Below are positions 61,623-64,000 of a DNA stretch of 64,000 nucleotides, one piece after another; the first letter of the stretch is position 1, and the number at the start of each line of letters is the position of its first letter. The DNA comes from an uncultured bacterium (GTDB taxonomy: Bacteria; Verrucomicrobiota; Kiritimatiellia; RFP12; UBA1067). The notes under the pieces were generated by a model. It was not told where the DNA came from, made no database searches, and was given only the letters and a program-made list of their open reading frames with translations. The position numbers were made by a program, and so were the translations under genes. The stretch lies in NCBI GenBank assembly GCA_902799385.1, contig CADCAK010000016.1:1201-65200 (forward strand), written 5' to 3'.

Positions 61623-62029
61623 CCAAGTGTAGGCGGCTTGAAGAGCCGATGTTTCTGCGCCTTTTGATCAAATGTTACCGTGAAAGATGCGCCGTATGTC
61701 TTGTTAATACGCGCAAGATAATAATCTGAGAAATCTGCCGCCCCCTCATCAAAGTCGTAATAAGCACGCCATGCACAATCTCGATGCTCAACCTCAAACA
61801 CTTCGGCCTCAAGGATGGTCCTAACGACAAGCAAAAGCCTATCCTTCGGCTGGCGGTAAAGCCGTTTCAGCACCCATACTACCTCACAGAGGACAACAGA
61901 GGATATAAACCCCTTATTTGCAGCCGACAAGCTTGTCTCAATTAACTTCGTAGCAATTTTGGATTGCTTCGGTTCATCTTGTACGATGAAACGCACCAAG
62001 ACATTCGTGTCTATGCCAATCATCTGCAC
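61619..62029 (-). CDS. vapC: PIN-domain toxin (type II toxin-antitoxin)
   Basis: 'IGIDTNVLVRFI' (Asp1), 'VLCEVVWVL' (Glu) and 'ADFSDYY' (Asp). Overlaps the antitoxin gene by 10 nt. Confidence 0.8.
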   Translation of the reverse strand: MQMIGIDTNVLVRFIVQDEPKQSKIATKLIETSLSAANKGFISSVVLCEVVWVLKRLYRQPKDRLLLVVRTILEAEVFEVEHRDCAWRAYYDFDEGAADFSDYYLARINKTYGASFTVTFDQKAQKHRLFKPPTLG

Positions 62030-62265
62030 GCCTCGCTAGCAATCGCCTCGTCCATCTGCTTTAATGTCATCGGCTTGCCAGTCCATCTCACCAACCCCTT
62101 CAGGGTGCCAACCGAGCCCTTCTTCGGCATCATCTCAACACGATTCTTGTCAAAAACAACAAAATCAATCCTGTCCCCGGTGTTCAACCGGAGCATGTTC
62201 CTAATTTCAACAGGTATTGTAACCTGGCCCTTTGATGACATAGTTGTATACATTGCCAACTCCAT
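62020..62265 (-). CDS. vapB: AbrB/MazE/SpoVT-family antitoxin
   Basis: The 'SSKGQVTIPVEIRNMLRLNTGDRIDF' swapped-hairpin signature. The true start may be the internal ATG giving 'MSSKGQ'. Confidence 0.75.
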   Translation of the reverse strand: MELAMYTTMSSKGQVTIPVEIRNMLRLNTGDRIDFVVFDKNRVEMMPKKGSVGTLKGLVRWTGKPMTLKQMDEAIASEACR

Positions 62266-62284
62266 CCTTAATCAAGTTGTGTGT

Positions 62285-62294
62285 ATGATATCAT
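62285..62294 (-). promoter_or_regulatory. perfect 10-bp palindrome ATGATATCAT; candidate vapBC -10/operator
   Basis: Lies 20 nt upstream of the vapB ATG. It reads TGATATCAT (TGnTAnnnT) on either strand. Confidence 0.3.
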
Positions 62295-62386
62295 TTCCTT
62301 ACTTTGATGTAAAGAGGGACGTCGCTTTTTGTGAAGTTTACATAGATGGAATATTACACTAGGGGTAGAATGCGCTCCTATGCTTT

Positions 62387-62395
62387 TGGTATAAT
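62387..62395 (+). promoter_or_regulatory. extended -10 promoter box TGGTATAAT
   Basis: Lies 23 nt upstream of ATG 62419, with an AAGGAG RBS in between. Confidence 0.6.
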
Positions 62396-62418
62396 ATCGC
62401 CACACAAGGAGAAGCAAT

Positions 62419-63501
62419 ATGAAAAAGTCGTATATAATTGCCATGGTAGCATTGCTGGCTAGATGCATGACCGCCCAAGCGGATAAAGACTACACTGTAA
62501 CTGCCAACGCCACGCTTAAAGATGGATCGTCGGTAAAAGGCGAGTTTTGCACCGATCAAATCTCCGGCTCGACCGCCTTCATGGAAAAGCTTAGTCTCGA
62601 CCCGGCCATAGTAAAGTCACTCGCCTTTAGCGGCACAAACGGCGAGAGCAAAGTCGAGCTCGTCAACGGCGACAAGTTTGCGATGACCGTCGCCAACGAG
62701 AACTTTGCGATCAAGTCGCTTCTTGGCGAGCTCAACATACCGCGCAACAACTTCCGCACCCTTTCCCTCTCTGCGCGCAAGGCGTTTGCAAACGGCAATG
62801 ACGCTGGGCTAGTCTTTTACTGCACATTCGATGATGAGGCGGCCATCAGATCTCCAGCAGTCGGGCCCAGTGGCATTTTCCAAAAAGGCGAATTCCACGA
62901 TGGCAAGAATGGTCGCGCCCTCTATTTGCCCGCCTACACATCTTGCGCGAAGTTCGCACTTCCAGAAGAAATGATTGGCACAGCCGGCACAATTGAATTC
63001 TGGGCAAACATAAACGATGTTGCTCCACTGACAAGCGGTGGATGCCCTCGCTTCTTCGAAATCCTTGCCCCTGACGGTAGAGGAGAAATTAGCCATGACT
63101 GGAATGCCAACAACGGTAGTGGCGGCAGTGGGCTGACCTTCCGCATCGACGGGCTACCCGCAATGGCATCGTCACAGCAAACGGAATATTCAGAATTCAC
63201 AAGATCCGGCTATCGCCGCCCTTCAATGATGCCGCCACATGGGTGGCATCATTATGCACTTGTCTGGGACATTAAAGGCATAGGTGATTCTACAAAATAT
63301 TCCGCTGTCGTCTTCATTGATGGGCAGCGCGTCCTTTCAACGCCATTCAACCCTGGGTGGCAAGGGCCTAAAAACCTAAACGGCGCCAATACACTATTCT
63401 TCCCAAGCCGCGAAGACGAAATGCCCGACTACGCCCGCCGCGCCTACACTATTGATGAGTTCAAGATCTGGAACTATGCCAAGACAAGTTTCGATCTATA
63501 A
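62419..63501 (+). CDS. secreted LamG/concanavalin-A-like lectin domain protein
   Basis: Signal 'IIAMVALLARCMTAQA'. LamG features 'GLVFYCTFDDEAA', 'GTIEFWANI' and 'GWHHYALVWD'. A ~110-aa N-terminal domain is shared with the next gene. Confidence 0.65.
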   Translation: MKKSYIIAMVALLARCMTAQADKDYTVTANATLKDGSSVKGEFCTDQISGSTAFMEKLSLDPAIVKSLAFSGTNGESKVELVNGDKFAMTVANENFAIKSLLGELNIPRNNFRTLSLSARKAFANGNDAGLVFYCTFDDEAAIRSPAVGPSGIFQKGEFHDGKNGRALYLPAYTSCAKFALPEEMIGTAGTIEFWANINDVAPLTSGGCPRFFEILAPDGRGEISHDWNANNGSGGSGLTFRIDGLPAMASSQQTEYSEFTRSGYRRPSMMPPHGWHHYALVWDIKGIGDSTKYSAVVFIDGQRVLSTPFNPGWQGPKNLNGANTLFFPSREDEMPDYARRAYTIDEFKIWNYAKTSFDL

Positions 63502-63519
63502 TCCGACAAGGGGCCAACC

Positions 63520-64000
63520 ATGAATCGTACATACATCTTTGCGTCAATCTTCGCAACAATAGCTCTTGCCGCATCTGCGCAAAATGCCACAACAACCATA
63601 GCCGCGAACGCCACGCTTAAAGACGGATCGTCGGTGAAAGGCGAGTTTGCCGCCGAACACTTCGTCGGCTCGACCATTTTCGCAGAAGAACTAAACCTTA
63701 ATCCGACAATTGTAAAATCGCTCACCTTCGTCGGCACAAACGGCGAGAGCAAAGTCGAGCTGGCCAACGGCGACAAGTTTGCGATGACCGTTGCCAACGA
63801 GAGTTTCAAGATCAAGTCCCTCCTTGGCGAGCTCAACATACCGCGCAACAACTTCCGCGCCCTTTCCCTCTCCGCGCACAAGGTGTCGACAAACGGCATT
63901 GACAATGGACTCGTATTCTACTGCACATTTGATGATGAGGCTTCGCTTGCATCACCTGCAGTTGGCCCGTCCGTAAGACTTGAACTGGGACAAATCAAAA
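63520..64000 (+). CDS. tandem paralogue of the LamG-domain protein (3' end outside window)
   Basis: ATG 63520; the frame stays open to the window end. The N-terminal 160 aa align with the 62419 gene throughout ('ATLKDGSSVKGEF', 'GTNGESKVEL', 'NGDKFAMTVANE', 'KSLLGELNIPRNNFR', 'GLVFYCTFDDEA'). Confidence 0.65.
   Translation, partial: MNRTYIFASIFATIALAASAQNATTTIAANATLKDGSSVKGEFAAEHFVGSTIFAEELNLNPTIVKSLTFVGTNGESKVELANGDKFAMTVANESFKIKSLLGELNIPRNNFRALSLSAHKVSTNGIDNGLVFYCTFDDEASLASPAVGPSVRLELGQIK

Noticed and set aside
1-64000. Search for tRNA, rRNA, tmRNA, CRISPR arrays, integrases and prophage genes
   Set aside because: The intergenic gaps are short; the largest are about 216, 193 and 153 nt. 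None shows tRNA-like T-arm or anticodon features, rRNA-like sequence or spaced repeats. No integrase or phage structural motifs were seen in any ORF. The scan was done by eye and is not exhaustive.

Overview
64-kb high-GC window. Hand counts of single 60-nt lines give about 63-65% G+C in the backbone. I call about 55 protein genes and found no rRNA, tRNA or CRISPR array. Gene content suggests a glycan-degrading member of the PVC superphylum; this taxonomic guess is inference only. The supporting content is a Cys-type sulfatase, two secreted FAD-oxidoreductase/glycoside-hydrolase fusions, and PEGA, LamG and transglutaminase-like secreted proteins.

Layout:
- 1-16.5 kb (+): aroB-aroA; an operon of an EF-hand membrane protein, a PurF-like protein and a P-loop ATPase; an FAD-GH97 fusion; a Tat-exported metallophosphoesterase; and an orphan TadC-like/FHA/PEGA/tlyA operon.
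- 16.5-30.3 kb (-): housekeeping genes rarA, an aminotransferase, a GDPD, an internally disrupted tex, trmB, pgpA, an AbgT transporter and a YitT protein, plus a four-module GATase1/BPL_N-like lipoprotein.
- 30.4-35.2 kb (+): a leaderless sulfatase and three LpoB/CsgG-like envelope proteins.
- 35.3-52.2 kb (-): a sugar aminotransferase, a BatD-like protein, a TonB/ExbBD (or TolQRA-like) set and rnhC; three very large secreted enzymes; a low-GC DUF3990/DUF3791 islet; and an FAD-GH43 fusion.
- 52.3-64 kb: a compositionally mosaic glycan-biosynthesis island. It holds a flippase, GT17-like, DUF616, TupA-like ATP-grasp, DUF5672, GT8 and GT4 genes. It also contains an HUH-transposase/DprA-like fusion locked into the operon, vapBC at the operon head, and tandem LamG paralogues.

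A strikingly regular extended -10 box, TGGTA(T/A)AAT, marks nearly every operon start. Several of these boxes sit 6-8 nt from the start codon, which implies leaderless mRNAs. All functional calls come from motif recognition by eye; no database search was possible.
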